A stretch of 64,000 nucleotides of DNA, taken from contig CAVYXA010000004.1 in NCBI GenBank assembly GCA_963772365.1, forward strand, positions 1 to 64,000. The letters run 5' to 3'. Source of the DNA: an uncultured Verrucomicrobiae bacterium. GTDB taxonomy: Bacteria; Verrucomicrobiota; Verrucomicrobiia; Chthoniobacterales; UBA10450. The position numbers and the translations under genes are program-made. The notes below the pieces were generated by a model that saw nothing but the letters and a program-made list of their open reading frames with translations, was not told where the DNA came from and ran no database searches. Of the stretch, positions 1 to 10,670 are shown one piece after another. Positions within the stretch are counted from its first letter, which is position 1; every line of letters begins with the position of its first letter.

Positions 1-127
1 GTTTCAAGACTCTGGCGAATCGGTTTACCGCCGACCTTGAATCTCGCGAAGTAGGTGCCGGACGGGCCGTACCGAAACAGGTTTTGCACTGCCGTGCTTT
101 CCCAAAGTGATCGTCGGTATTCTTCAT
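1..127 (-). mobile_element. 5' end of a tyrosine recombinase/integrase, running off the left edge; start codon uncertain
   Basis: Manual minus-strand translation gives ...SLWESTAVQNLFRYGPSGTYFARFKVGGKPIRQSLET, resembling the N-terminal arm-binding region of verrucomicrobial phage-type integrases. It lies next to a tRNA. The ATG at 127 is out of frame with this peptide (possible 1-nt indel, or an upstream GTG start). No catalytic domain is visible in the window. Confidence 0.6.
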
Positions 128-301
128 GGCGAAGATGCGCGACTATCGTGGCCACGTGCAGCGAAGGCGCTGCTCCGCGAGTAGAGCGGCGAAACCTTCG
201 GCAAATCAACTTGCCTGGGAGAAAGTCGCGGCGAGAGTAGTGACCCTGTGGAAGCTGGCCTTTTCAGCTCGTTTGTCGCGATCAGCCAGTTGCACTCAAA
301 A

Positions 302-324
302 GGGGTACAATTAGGGGGTAAAAT
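302..324. promoter_or_regulatory. Direct repeat GGGGTACAAT / GGGGTAAAAT, candidate integrase arm-type sites
   Basis: Two 10-nt near-identical direct repeats (302-311, 315-324) between the integrase start and the tRNA. Confidence 0.35.
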
Positions 325-368
325 GGGCGTTTCAAACGGTCTCGAAGGTGCTGGTTTCCCTCGTAAAA

Positions 369-441
369 GCCGGCATAGCTCAGCTGGTAGAGCAGCTGAT
401 TTGTAATCAGCAGGTCGTCGGTTCGAATCCGACTGCCGGCT
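369..441 (+). tRNA. tRNA-Thr(UGU), CCA not encoded
   Basis: GCCGGC acceptor stem ends, D arm AGCTCAGCTGGTAGAGC, anticodon arm GCTGA-TTTGTAA-TCAGC, T loop GGTTCGAATCC. Confidence 0.97.
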
Positions 442-466
442 CCGTCTCATTTCACGCGTTCCATCC

Positions 467-886
467 ATGCCTGTGCATCATCAGCAGATCGATGTCCCGA
501 CCGACGGCAAAGGCACCTACGAGATAACCGATCAAGTTCAGGAGAAGATCGACAAAAGCGGTATTCGTAACGGGATTGTGACCATTTTTGTCCAGCACAC
601 CAGTTGCAGTCTCATCGTGATGGAAAATGCAGATCCAACCGCCCGCCGCGATCTCGAAGAATTTTTTGAACGGCTGGTGCCGGAAGATACCGATTATTTT
701 GTCCACACTTCTGAAGGCGGCGATGACAGCACGTCCCACATTCGGACGGTGCTGACGCGGAGCAGCGAAATCATTCCGATTGTCGATGGTAAAATGAAGC
801 TTGGAACGTGGCAGGGGATTTTTCTGTTCGAACATCGCCGCGCGCCGCACCGGCGAAGGGCGCAAGTGACGATTCTGGGCGAGTAA
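467..886 (+). CDS. yjbQ: YjbQ/UPF0047 family protein (secondary thiamine-phosphate synthase)
   Basis: HTSCSL..ENADP, SHIR and LGTWQGIFLFEHR motifs. Confidence 0.9.
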   Translation: MPVHHQQIDVPTDGKGTYEITDQVQEKIDKSGIRNGIVTIFVQHTSCSLIVMENADPTARRDLEEFFERLVPEDTDYFVHTSEGGDDSTSHIRTVLTRSSEIIPIVDGKMKLGTWQGIFLFEHRRAPHRRRAQVTILGE

Positions 887-895
887 TTGTCGATC

Positions 896-2038
896 CTAGA
901 AATAAATCGCGTCTACGACTCTGAGTACCTTTTCGGTCGGCAAGACCGATCGCTCCATTTGATTCATCACATAGGCAAACCCGATCCTGTTTTCCGGATC
1001 GGCGAAGGCGTGACTCCCGCCAGCACCGGGATGACCGAACGCTGATTCCGAAGTTCCGAAAATTCTCCTCGCTGCCTGAGCGGAATCTTTCATGAACCCG
1101 GCTGAGAACGCCGTTGGAAACTGGAACACGCGATCGATTCCGTCGGTGAGCGTAGTTTTCATCAAGCCCACCGTGGCTTGGGAAAAAAATTCGTGCCCAT
1201 CTAATTTCCCGCCATTTGCAAGCATGGCGTAAAATTTCGCGAGCGAATTCGCTGTGCCAATTCCGCCAAACGAAACAATTGGCCTGGCCCGAAGATCAGG
1301 ATGATTCATCGCGCTGATCGACTGCAAACCGCGGGGAGATGTAAACACTTTATGAGCAAATGTGCCGCGGGTGGTGAGATCGACATAGAATTTCTTTGGT
1401 TCGGAAAATTCGCCAGCCTTTGGCGCATAGATCGTCGCGACACGCGAGTTTTCCTTTTCCGGCAAACCGATCCAAAGATCGAGACCGAGCAGTTCACGAA
1501 AGTTTTCTTCCCAATATTTGGCCAACGGTTTGCCTGCGATCCGGCGTACAAGTTCATCGAGCAAAAACCCGAAGGTGCGCGCGTGATAACCATGGGCCGT
1601 TCCCGGCGGCCAGTTCGGTGTTTGTTTTTCAATTGCTTCGATCACGGCCGGGTAATCGAGCACATCAACTTGTCGATCCAGCGCCGCCAGACCGGCGGAA
1701 TGGGAGAGCAATTCCCGCAAGATGATCTTATCCTTCCCGCCTTGGGCAAATTCCGGCCAGATCTCAGCGACTGGTTGAGCGATGTCGATCCTATTTTCCT
1801 GGAGGGCATGCGACACGGAGGCGCTGCCAAGCCCTTTTGTGGCCGACCAAATCAGAACCAGCGTGTCGAAACTCCACGCTTTCTCGCGGCGCACGTCTTC
1901 GAATCCACCGTGAAGATCGACAATCGGTTTTCCATTCTGCCAGATGGAAATTGCCGCGCCGAGCTCACCGAATTTCTCGAAGTTTTCCCGGAACAACGGC
2001 TCGACTCGTTGGCGCAGCTCATCAGCATTGAGTTGCAT
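896..2038 (-). CDS. Serine hydrolase, beta-lactamase class C / EstB family
   Basis: SATK (SxxK), LLSHSAGL, GYH, FGHPGAGG motifs. Confidence 0.9.
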   Translation of the reverse strand: MQLNADELRQRVEPLFRENFEKFGELGAAISIWQNGKPIVDLHGGFEDVRREKAWSFDTLVLIWSATKGLGSASVSHALQENRIDIAQPVAEIWPEFAQGGKDKIILRELLSHSAGLAALDRQVDVLDYPAVIEAIEKQTPNWPPGTAHGYHARTFGFLLDELVRRIAGKPLAKYWEENFRELLGLDLWIGLPEKENSRVATIYAPKAGEFSEPKKFYVDLTTRGTFAHKVFTSPRGLQSISAMNHPDLRARPIVSFGGIGTANSLAKFYAMLANGGKLDGHEFFSQATVGLMKTTLTDGIDRVFQFPTAFSAGFMKDSAQAARRIFGTSESAFGHPGAGGSHAFADPENRIGFAYVMNQMERSVLPTEKVLRVVDAIYF

Positions 2039-2073
2039 CCCGCGATGCTACATGAGCAATGGCTGGAGGCCAG

Positions 2074-2571
2074 CTAGAGCAGAGCCTGGAGGGATTGCAG
2101 ATCGGGATCTTTCTTGGCCAGCTCGCGAAAGGATTCGTCCATCTCGAAACTGGTGTGCAAATGAAGCCGCGCTTCCTGGAAATTGCCCAGAAGCGCATCG
2201 TAACAACCCATGTTGTAGTAATAGATCGGCTCATCCAGCAGGATGGATGGTCCTTTTAGCAGAACCTTTTTCGCTTCAGCCGTCTTGCCCATTTCGTGCA
2301 GGCAAAAACTGGCGTGCAAAAATCCGGTGCAACAATCCGGTGCAATTCGGCAGAGTTTCTGGCTCACTCGCAAACCTTCTGCCCAGCTTTTTTTCCGCAT
2401 CAGATTGTGCAACCGGAGCTGCAAGACTTCAGGACGATTTTGGAATTCATCCTCGATCGCATTTAGCTCGGCTATCGATTCGCGAATCATGTCCAATTCC
2501 GCGTAACCGCAAGCAGCCATCAATCGTCTCTCGAAGTCCACGGCAGACTCTTTAAGCAAAGAGCTTGCCAT
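2074..2571 (-). CDS. TPR-like helical repeat protein
   Basis: YYNMGCYDALLG...A..DPDL C-terminal TPR-end pattern. Confidence 0.7.
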   Translation of the reverse strand: MASSLLKESAVDFERRLMAACGYAELDMIRESIAELNAIEDEFQNRPEVLQLRLHNLMRKKSWAEGLRVSQKLCRIAPDCCTGFLHASFCLHEMGKTAEAKKVLLKGPSILLDEPIYYYNMGCYDALLGNFQEARLHLHTSFEMDESFRELAKKDPDLQSLQALL

Positions 2572-2586
2572 CGCTGTATCCGCGCT

Positions 2587-2646
2587 CTATAGCGTCGCCA
2601 CCCTCTGCATCCCTGCGTTTGCGACGGTCACAGACCGCCGCTACAG
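2587..2646. repeat. GTAG-type REP family B (degenerate left arm), overlapping the pepF stop codon
   Basis: GCGACGGTCACAGACCGCCGCTACAG at about 2621-2646; related copies at 18549, 24722, 34979. Confidence 0.8.
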
Positions 2647-4444
2647 CAACAGCTCTTCCAGTTCGTCCAGCCGCTGTTCAAACAGTCGAAGCGTGCTCTC
2701 GATCGGCCCAGGTGTTCCCATGTCGACGCCGGCTTCTTTCAATGTATCCAGAGGAAATTTCGAGCCGCCGGAGCGCAGAAAATTCAAATAAGCATCGACG
2801 CTTTCTGGCTCGCCGGAGAGGACTCGCTGCGAAAGGGCGACGGCTGCTGAAATCCCGGTCGCATATTTGTAAACGTAAAACGAATGATAGAAATGCGGGA
2901 TTCGCAGGCATTCCAAATCGAGTTCCGGATCGATCACAAAGTTTTCGGCAAAATATGAATTGAGCAGCTTGCGATATTCCGCTTTGAACACATCGAGAGT
3001 TAAAGCGTCGCCGCTCTCTTCGATGGCGTGAACGATCTTTTCGAATTCGGCAAACATTGTCTGGCGGAACAGCGTGCCGCGCAGATCATCGATCTGCCGG
3101 TTGATGATATAGGCCCGCATCTTGGGATCGCTGGTTTGCTGGAGCAGGTGATGGGTCAGCAGTTCCTCGTTAAAAGTCGAAGCCACTTCCGCCAGAAAAA
3201 TCGGGTAATCGTAATCCTGAAATAACTGCGTCTTTTGCGAGAACCAACTGTGCATCGAGTGGCCGGCTTCGTGCGCGAGGGTGTAGATATCGGCGAACAC
3301 ATCCTCTTTGTAATTCATCAGGATGTAAGGCGGCGCGCCGTAACTGCCGGATGAAAACGCACCGCTACGTTTCCCCTTGTTCTCGTAACGATCGCACCAG
3401 CGATTGCGTAATCCTTCGGTGAGAACATCGACATATTCTTTCCCGAGTGGAGCGAGAGCGGCCAGAACCATCTCGGCCGCGGAATCAAAACTGGTGCGCG
3501 TCTCGATCTCAGCAACAAGCGGCACATAGGTGTCGTAATGATGCAGTTCCTTCAGTTTCAGCGCGCGCCTGCGGAGATCGAAATAGTGAAAGAGCGGCTT
3601 TAGGTTCGCGCGGACCGATTGGATCAATCCATCGTAAACGGAAACCGGCACATCATCGGGAAATAAAGCCGCTTCCAGCGCCGACGGATAACGGCGCGCG
3701 CGTGCGTGAAATACATCAGTCTTGATCGAATAAGCCAACGCCGCAGCCAGCGTGTATTGATGGTCCTGAAACTCGGCATAAAACTGATGAAAAGCGCGTT
3801 TGCGCAATTCCGGGTCGCGTTTGACCAGAAACGAGCTGAACGAACTCTGCGTGAGCGGTTTTTCGTGGCCGGCCTCGTCAATCAGGCTCCCGAATTTCAT
3901 GTCCACATCGGTGAGCTGCGAAAAAGTTTCGTCGTATCCGCCAAGCGCGACACTTCCCAGCGCCAGGATCCGTTCTTCCGGCTCGGACAGGTACATGCGG
4001 TTTCATCCGGCGAATCTTGTGCAACTTGAATCGCCAATCTTTCAGCGCAGGATCGACAAGAAATTTCGCAAAGGCAGCCTCGTCGATCGCCTGAATTTCC
4101 GGAACAACGAACGCCGCTGCCTCACCGATTTTCGTGAGCAGGTTCTGTAGTTGGCCGACTCGCGCGAGATATTCGCCATTTGCACCATCTTCCGCCAGTT
4201 GGAGCGAAGCGAAGTGGTAAAGCTTTTCGATTTTCTGCTCGAGTTGCTTTTCAAACTCGAGACAGTCCGCCAGGTTTTTCGCAGAACTTCCGAGTTTTCC
4301 CTTCCATTCGGTGATTCGCGGATAAGTCTGTTGAACCCAGGCAAAGTCTTCCTGCCATTTGCCGACGTCAGCGAAAAGCTGCGTCAAATCCCACTTGTCG
4401 GACTCGGCAATGTCGTCGCGCGTTGGAGTCTTCGTTTCAGCCAT
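2641..4444 (-). CDS. pepF: Oligoendopeptidase F (M3B), split by a +1 frameshift near 3990
   Basis: N-part KWDLTQLF (3878-4444) and C-part with HEAGH zinc motif, KRSGAFS and FYVYKYATG (2641-3996). The junction reads HV(fs)LSEPEE. Confidence 0.9.
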
Positions 4445-4506
4445 TGCTGACGCTATACATGAAGGATTGCATGGCGCAACGCATTGGCCCGCATTAGCTG
4501 TTGCGC

Positions 4507-5514
4507 ATGTCGATCAAACATCTTGTCGCCGCGTTTTTCGCTATTGCTTCGATCAACGCAGCGGAGCCGCCTTACAAATTTCTCGCTGAGATTCCGATCG
4601 GCGGCGAAGGCGGCTGGGACATTCTCAACATCGATGCGCAGGCGCACGAGCTTTATCTTTCGCACGCCACCAAGGTTGTCGTCGTCGATTTAACGAAGAA
4701 TTCGGTCGGCGGCGAAATTGGTGGCACGCCCGGTGTGCACTCCTTTTTGCCGGTCCCGGAGTTGCGGCGTGGTTTTTCATCCAATGGCAGGGAATCAAAA
4801 TCGAGCGTTGTCGATCTTACTACGCTGAAGACACTCTCGAAAATTGATACAGGCCAAAATCCGGACGCGATAGCGTACGATTCGAAGCGAGGCGAAATTT
4901 ACATTTTTAATCACAGCAGCAACTCGGTAACTGTCATCGACGCGAAAGCCGCGAAGGGTGCCGGGACGATTCCGTTAGGTGGAAATCCAGAGTTTGCCAT
5001 TGCCGACCCCGCGGCCGGCCGCGTTTACGTCAACATCGAGGATAAAAGCGAAGTCGAAGTGATCGACACGACAAAACATGAAGTGATTGCACATTGGCCG
5101 CTCGCGCCTGGCGAAGAGCCAACGGGAATTGCGCTCGACGCTGCGCATCACCGATTGTTCGCCGTCTGTCGCAACAAAATGATGATGATGCTCGATACGA
5201 GCTCTGGCAAAGTTGTCGCCCATGTCCCGATCGGTAGCGGAGTTGATGGCTGCGTCTTCGATGATGCGACTCAGCTTGTTTTCGCATCCTGCGGCGAAGG
5301 CGTCACCGTGATCGCGAAGGAAAAGTCGGCTGACGACTTATCGGTCGTGCAAGAGCTGCAAACACAACGCGGCGCCCGCACGATCGCGCTCGACCCCAAG
5401 ACCGACCGCATCTATCTGCCGACGGCGGATTTTGGTCCGCCATCTTCGCCAGGCGCGCGACCGTCAATCGTGCCCAACACGATGCGGCTGCTTGTCTACG
5501 GTCCCGAAAAATAG
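4507..5514 (+). CDS. Secreted YncE/YVTN-family beta-propeller protein
   Basis: Signal peptide, GGEGGWD motif, repeated beta blades, GARTIALDP. Confidence 0.85.
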   Translation: MSIKHLVAAFFAIASINAAEPPYKFLAEIPIGGEGGWDILNIDAQAHELYLSHATKVVVVDLTKNSVGGEIGGTPGVHSFLPVPELRRGFSSNGRESKSSVVDLTTLKTLSKIDTGQNPDAIAYDSKRGEIYIFNHSSNSVTVIDAKAAKGAGTIPLGGNPEFAIADPAAGRVYVNIEDKSEVEVIDTTKHEVIAHWPLAPGEEPTGIALDAAHHRLFAVCRNKMMMMLDTSSGKVVAHVPIGSGVDGCVFDDATQLVFASCGEGVTVIAKEKSADDLSVVQELQTQRGARTIALDPKTDRIYLPTADFGPPSSPGARPSIVPNTMRLLVYGPEK

Positions 5515-6258
5515 GTGCAACGCTTTCTTTTCCTCGCCTTGCTGGTCACGGCCGCGCGTTACGCCTTTGCCCAGGGCGGCCCGCCGATGATCACGGATGA
5601 TCCTGCAACGCCGGGTGCCGGCAAATGGGAGAACAATCTCGCGATCGCATTTGAGCATCGGACTAACGAGTGGTCGGTCGACGCGCCCGGCATCGACCTG
5701 AACTACGGCTGGGGCGATCACGTCCAGCTTACGCTCCAAACGTCGGTTGCACTCTTGAAGGGCGCCAATCCCGGACTCATCGGAGGTCTCGGCGGCACGG
5801 AGGCAGCAGTCAAATGGCGCTTCCTCGATGAGGAAACAAGCGGAGTCGATATGTCGATGTTCCCGCGAGTTCTCTTCCACGTCTTGCGCTCGTCCGTCCG
5901 CCGTGGCCTGGCGGAAAACGGGACGCGCTTCCAGATTCCATTTCAGGCGGCGAAGACGTTTGGTCCCGTCGTGTTCGATGTCGAACTTGGGCCGCTCATC
6001 AACTCGACCGATCGCGGCGAATTCCTCTCCGGATTTGTGGCGGCAACTGAACTGTCCAGGACCACGGCCATCATGGCGGAAGTGCATGCCACTTCACGGA
6101 TGAATTTCACCCGCGACGTGGTGATGCTGAATCTCGGTTGGCGGCACACCTTGAACAAGCATGCTGTCTGGATTTCCTCGTTAGGCCACGAAGTCCATTC
6201 CGGCACCGGTAAGCCGCTGGCTCTCATCGGCTACTGCGGGGTGCAGATCCTCTACTAA
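5515..6258 (+). CDS. Putative outer-membrane beta-barrel protein
   Basis: Signal peptide, GPPMITDDP.TP motif, amphipathic strands, aromatic C-terminus; abuts the YncE gene. Confidence 0.6.
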   Translation: MQRFLFLALLVTAARYAFAQGGPPMITDDPATPGAGKWENNLAIAFEHRTNEWSVDAPGIDLNYGWGDHVQLTLQTSVALLKGANPGLIGGLGGTEAAVKWRFLDEETSGVDMSMFPRVLFHVLRSSVRRGLAENGTRFQIPFQAAKTFGPVVFDVELGPLINSTDRGEFLSGFVAATELSRTTAIMAEVHATSRMNFTRDVVMLNLGWRHTLNKHAVWISSLGHEVHSGTGKPLALIGYCGVQILY

Positions 6259-6259
6259 G

Positions 6260-7051
6260 TCAGTGGGCTTTGCTCGCTGGTCTCTGCGGGAAAATGAGGA
6301 TGAGCGCGACGATCGCCAGCACGAGCGCGGCGGAGGCGGTGTACCGGGACAGAGCCAGGCCGCCGTTCGCGACTGGTTTGTCGAGGAAATCGCCGACCGT
6401 TGCTCCGAGCGGCCGGGTCAGAATAAAGGCCGCCCAAAACAGAAGCGCGTGCGAAATGGTGGTGAAGTAGTAGAGGAGCGCCGTGACCAGGAGCAACCCG
6501 GCGAACACCCCGCCCGCGCTGAGGTAACCCAAGCCGCGCGTGTCCGCGAGCCAATCGCCGAGGGCGGTGCCGAGGGTTTGTGAAAACATGATTGTGACCC
6601 AGTAAAAGATTTCGACCTTTGGCGTACTCACGGTTTCGATGGAAATGCTCCCGGTGGACCAGCGCCAGATTAGGAGTGACCCGATCACGCACATAAGCAG
6701 AATGGCCGAGCCACCGGTGTAGCCGATCCCGAGCGATCGATCGCAAAGATCCGCCAGCGCGGTGCCGACGGTCGTCGTCGCAACAATCGTCAACCAGTAG
6801 AGGAAGGGATGGAATTTTTCCGCGGTGATTTGTACCCAGACGGCGACAATGAAGATGAGGGCAAAAATCCCGGTTCCGATGAGATAACCATGCGGGGTGG
6901 GATGGCTAGTTGTCTCCCCGAGCCACGACATCGTGACCGCGTCGCCGCCCGTTTCACCCAGCGTCGTTGCCAGGATCTTGATGATCCAGAAGATCAGCGT
7001 GACTTGCGGGACTTTGGCAACGAGCTCCAATTTTGTGTAGTCGGTTTTCAT
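6260..7051 (-). CDS. DUF347 / COG4705 repeat membrane protein
   Basis: KVPQVT..FW..KILATTLGETGGD and FW.AFILTRPLGAT.GD repeats. Confidence 0.88.
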   Translation of the reverse strand: MKTDYTKLELVAKVPQVTLIFWIIKILATTLGETGGDAVTMSWLGETTSHPTPHGYLIGTGIFALIFIVAVWVQITAEKFHPFLYWLTIVATTTVGTALADLCDRSLGIGYTGGSAILLMCVIGSLLIWRWSTGSISIETVSTPKVEIFYWVTIMFSQTLGTALGDWLADTRGLGYLSAGGVFAGLLLVTALLYYFTTISHALLFWAAFILTRPLGATVGDFLDKPVANGGLALSRYTASAALVLAIVALILIFPQRPASKAH

Positions 7052-7129
7052 CGGTGCACGTCGCGTCCATCCTGCAGCAGAATCATTTAACTTTCGAACA
7101 GCGGGGCCGTGGCGGATGTCGCACCTTAC

Positions 7130-7481
7130 ATGAAGAAATTTTTTTTGGTTCTTCTCGCTTTTAGTATGTGCACTTTGGCGCTATCTGCTGCACGTGCCGA
7201 CTCTCCGGCCAATTCGAAATTGCGTCGGGAAGCGAAATTGACTCAGGCACAGGCGGAGAAGATTGCGCTGAAACGTACTTTGGGCGGTACGGCTAAGAGC
7301 GGCGAACTGGAGCGCGAACACGGACACTTGGTCTGGTCATTTGATATCGCGAAGCAGCACTCGCGCGACATCATCGAGGTGCTAGTCGATGCCAAGGATG
7401 GTGCGATCGTGAAGTGTACAGAGAGAAACGCCCGCAGATCAGGCGGCAGAAGCTCGCGCCGATCGTAGCCATATCCACTGA
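7130..7481 (+). CDS. PepSY-domain secreted protein; likely +1 frameshift near 7414
   Basis: ELEREHGHLVWSFDI...EVLVDAKDG; removing one A restores the tail VSVQRETPADQAAEARAD. Confidence 0.75.
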
Positions 7482-7503
7482 CGGACGTAGTCTCGCTGCT
7501 CCA

Positions 7504-8295
7504 TCAGCGGAAACCTTCTTCGCCCTCTTTGTGCATTCGCAGGCCCTTGTGTTCTAGCGGCTCGCACGCTTGGGAAATTGGAATCTGCGGGCAACTGTCG
7601 ATCCACCGTTCTTTGTCCGGCGCGGCCCAGCAGACTGCATTTCTCAAAACCTGTTGAACGCTCGGATTGAAATAAATCGGATAAATTTCGTGACCAGGCG
7701 CGAAGTAAAAGATTTTCCCATTGCCACGTTTCCAAGTGCATCCGGACCGAAAGACATCTCCACCTTCATACCAGGAGATGAACACGATCTCGTCGGGCGT
7801 AGGGATTGCGAACGGTTCTCCGTACATTTCCGTGTTCTCAATTTCAAAATGGCGATGGATTCCCCGAGCAATCGGGTGCGCGGGATTACACACCCAGACC
7901 CGCTCTTTCTCGCCGGCTTCGCGCCATGTCAGCGAACAACTCGTACCCATCAGGCGTTTGAAAATTTTTGAATAATGCGACGAATGCAGGGCGATAAAAC
8001 CCATGCCCTGCCAGATCCGCTTTAACACGCGATCGACAATCGCATCGGCGACTTTTCCGTGGGCGGCGTGTCCCCACCAAAGGAGGATATCGGTTTGATC
8101 GAGAACATTTTCGGTCAGGCCGTGCTCAGGTTGTTCGAGAGTTGCGGTGCGGACATCAATTTCGTTGTCGATCTTAAGGGCGTCGGCAATGCAGCCATGA
8201 ATCCCGTTTGGATAAATCTTCTTAACGACCGGGTTTTCCCGCTCATGGACATTCTCATTCCAGACCAGGACCCGAAGCTTTTTTGTCAACGTCAT
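7504..8295 (-). CDS. thuA: ThuA-domain (trehalose utilisation) protein
   Basis: [32 protein letters not shown] motifs. Confidence 0.88.
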   Translation of the reverse strand: MTLTKKLRVLVWNENVHERENPVVKKIYPNGIHGCIADALKIDNEIDVRTATLEQPEHGLTENVLDQTDILLWWGHAAHGKVADAIVDRVLKRIWQGMGFIALHSSHYSKIFKRLMGTSCSLTWREAGEKERVWVCNPAHPIARGIHRHFEIENTEMYGEPFAIPTPDEIVFISWYEGGDVFRSGCTWKRGNGKIFYFAPGHEIYPIYFNPSVQQVLRNAVCWAAPDKERWIDSCPQIPISQACEPLEHKGLRMHKEGEEGFR

Positions 8296-8320
8296 ACTCG
8301 CAACAATTCAACGTGACGCT

Positions 8321-8392
8321 AAAGGTAGAACGCGTTGTCCTCAACGCGTTGGTAAGATTTAGCATCGTCTTCGGAGAAGCCGATCCACCTTT
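8321..8392. repeat. REP-like palindromic doublet (family E) forming the C-terminal codons of the uracil-DNA glycosylase gene
   Basis: GGTAGAACGCGTTGTCCTCAACGCGTT ... GCATCGTCTTCGGAGAAGCCGATCCACC, with inverted GGTAGA/TCCACC ends. Confidence 0.6.
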
Positions 8393-9000
8393 TCGCGGAT
8401 GGCTGGATGGCGTGCGAGTTTGCGCATCGCTTTTTCGAGCAATTCTTTCCCGGGAGAAATCTTATGCCAGGGCGACGCGCCGGAAGGATGCGGCAATGGA
8501 ATCAAATCGAATTTATGTTCGGCGCGATCAACACGGAATTTTCGACCAATTACCGCTTCTAATTTCGTGCACTCAATAAATTGCGCGATGGCCAGCCGGC
8601 CGACGGGAATGATCAGGCGCGGCTGGAGGATCTTAATCTCCTCGTCCATCCAGGACGAACAATTGCGAATCTCGTCCGGCGACGGGACACGATCGGTGCC
8701 GCCTGAATTCTTTCCGGGGAAACACCGACAAACGGCGGCGAAATAGATTGTCGATCTTACTGCGGCTTCGTTCATGTCGCAGAAATTCTCGAACCAGCGA
8801 AATAGAGTTTGGCCAGCAGTATGCGCGAACGGCCGTTTCAGAGTTGGCTCGCGTGGTCCGGGTGCCTGCCCGACAATCATGAGATCGCTCATGATAGCGC
8901 CGCCGGATACCGGCGTGGATTTCATGCGCGGGCAGCGCCGGCATTGCAGCAATTGTGCAACATGTCTGTCCAATCGGAGTTGTTTTCGTGGCGCCGCCAT
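8359..9000 (-). CDS. Uracil-DNA glycosylase superfamily protein (family 4/5-like, Fe-S cysteines)
   Basis: CRRC, VGQAPG, VCRCFP, LPHPSGAS motifs. Confidence 0.88.
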   Translation of the reverse strand: MAAPRKQLRLDRHVAQLLQCRRCPRMKSTPVSGGAIMSDLMIVGQAPGPREPTLKRPFAHTAGQTLFRWFENFCDMNEAAVRSTIYFAAVCRCFPGKNSGGTDRVPSPDEIRNCSSWMDEEIKILQPRLIIPVGRLAIAQFIECTKLEAVIGRKFRVDRAEHKFDLIPLPHPSGASPWHKISPGKELLEKAMRKLARHPAIREKVDRLLRRRC

Positions 9001-9212
9001 CAGCGCCGGAAGATCGACAATAAAAGACTGAGAAGAATGCTTAGAAGGATGCAGGTGACCATCGGGAAATAAAACGCCGAATGCCCGCGTTCGATCCGAA
9101 TATCACCCGGCAAACGGCCCAACCATTTCGGGAAAAAGCCACTCCATAACAGAATGCCGACCAGCGTCACGACAAAGCCGATTATCACGACAAATTTCCC
9201 GAGCTCGCGCAT
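9000..9212 (-). CDS. DUF2905 small membrane protein
   Basis: LGRLPGDI..E...FYFP..TCIL.S signature. Confidence 0.85.
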   Translation of the reverse strand: MRELGKFVVIIGFVVTLVGILLWSGFFPKWLGRLPGDIRIERGHSAFYFPMVTCILLSILLSLLLSIFRR

Positions 9213-9259
9213 CGAGAGAAGGTTGCGCGAATCGAGCTGTGGCACAAGGTTCAGGACCG

Positions 9260-10228
9260 ATGGCAGTGCAGTTCCGAGATTATTACGAGACGCTTGGCGT
9301 GCCCAAGACCGCTAGCGAAAAAGAAATTCGCAGCGCCTTTCGCAAACTGGCGCGCAAGTACCATCCGGATGTGGCCAAGGACAAGAAGGCAGCCGAGGAA
9401 AAATTTAAAGAGATCAACGAGGCCTACGAAGTCCTGAGCGATCCGGAAAAGCGAAAGAAATACGATCAGCTCGGGGCGGATTGGAATCAGCCGGGCGGAT
9501 TTCAACCGCCGCCTGGATGGGGCGCGCAACAACCCGGCGGCGGATTTCAACAATGGCAATCGGCCGGTGGTGAGAATGGCGGAGTGGAATTCGAGTTTGG
9601 CGGGACCGGTTTCAGCGATTTCTTCGAGGCATTTTTCGGCGGAGGTCGTGGGCGCTCGGCATTTTCTGGGTTCGGCGGGCGGCAGGCTACTGCCACGCGC
9701 GGTGCGGATGTCGAGGCGGACATCATGGTCACGCTCGAGGAAGCTTTGCACGGTTCGACCCGGCCGGTTTCGCTGCGCCGCGCCGGTTCGAACAAAGTAG
9801 AGAATTACCAGGTCAAGATCCCACGTGGCGTCCACGAGGGGCAACGGATTCGTTTGGCCGGTCAGGGCGAGGCAGGCGCTCGTGGCGGCAAAAGCGGGGA
9901 TCTGTTTCTCCGGGTGCGGCTGGCGCGCCATCCTGATTTTTCCGTGGAAGGAAGCGACTTGATTCACGAAGAGAAGATTGAGCCGTGGAAAGCGGTGCTC
10001 GGCAACGAACTGATCGTGCCGACGCTGGAAGGGAACGTGCGCCTGAAAATTCCGCCCGGCACGCAGGGCGGTCAGCGTTTTCGTTTACGGGAAAAAGGAC
10101 TTTCCGGTGTTTCCGGCAAACGCGGCGATCTCTATGTCGATGTTCAGATTGAAACTCCTAAAAAATTGAGCCAGCGCGAGCGAGAGATTTGGAGCGAATT
10201 AGCGAAGCTGCAGGGCGAATCATCGTAA
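9260..10228 (+). CDS. DnaJ class II chaperone (CbpA-like)
   Basis: J domain with HPD, G/F region, DnaJ C-terminal domain, no zinc finger. Confidence 0.92.
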   Translation: MAVQFRDYYETLGVPKTASEKEIRSAFRKLARKYHPDVAKDKKAAEEKFKEINEAYEVLSDPEKRKKYDQLGADWNQPGGFQPPPGWGAQQPGGGFQQWQSAGGENGGVEFEFGGTGFSDFFEAFFGGGRGRSAFSGFGGRQATATRGADVEADIMVTLEEALHGSTRPVSLRRAGSNKVENYQVKIPRGVHEGQRIRLAGQGEAGARGGKSGDLFLRVRLARHPDFSVEGSDLIHEEKIEPWKAVLGNELIVPTLEGNVRLKIPPGTQGGQRFRLREKGLSGVSGKRGDLYVDVQIETPKKLSQREREIWSELAKLQGESS

Positions 10229-10235
10229 AGAATCT

Positions 10236-10667
10236 ATGAAAATTTCACTTGGAACCGATCACGCCGGTTTTCGTTATAAAGAGAGAATCAAGGAATTGCT
10301 CGGCTCACTGGGGCATGAAGTGAAGGATTGTGGGACGTTCAGCGAAGAGCCAGTGGATTACCCACTTTTCATTCGGCCTGCGGCGGAAGCCGTTGCACGA
10401 GGGGAATGTGAACGCGGAATCGTGTGCGGCGGGTCGGGCAACGGCGAGGCGATGGCGGCGAATAAAGTGCACGGAGTGCGCTGCGCTCTCTGTTGGAACG
10501 AGGAAAGTGCGCGCCTTTCCCGACAACACAACGATGCCAACGTACTATCCGTGGGTCAGCGGATGATTCCGGAGGATCTCGCGCTAAAGATTGTGCGCGT
10601 CTGGTTGGACACGCCGTTTGAAGGCGGTCGCCATATCAAGCGAGTCGAGCAATTGAACGCGATGTAA
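10236..10667 (+). CDS. rpiB: Ribose-5-phosphate isomerase B
   Basis: DHAG, VDYP, GGSGNG, HNDAN, FEGGRH. Confidence 0.95.
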   Translation: MKISLGTDHAGFRYKERIKELLGSLGHEVKDCGTFSEEPVDYPLFIRPAAEAVARGECERGIVCGGSGNGEAMAANKVHGVRCALCWNEESARLSRQHNDANVLSVGQRMIPEDLALKIVRVWLDTPFEGGRHIKRVEQLNAM

Positions 10668-10670
10668 GCT

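Noticed and set aside
1301..2077. Long antisense or overlapping ORFs (also 12043-12903, 21400-22269, 39406-40305, 53478-54329)
   Set aside because: They are shadows of well-supported genes in GC-rich DNA and carry no recognisable motifs.
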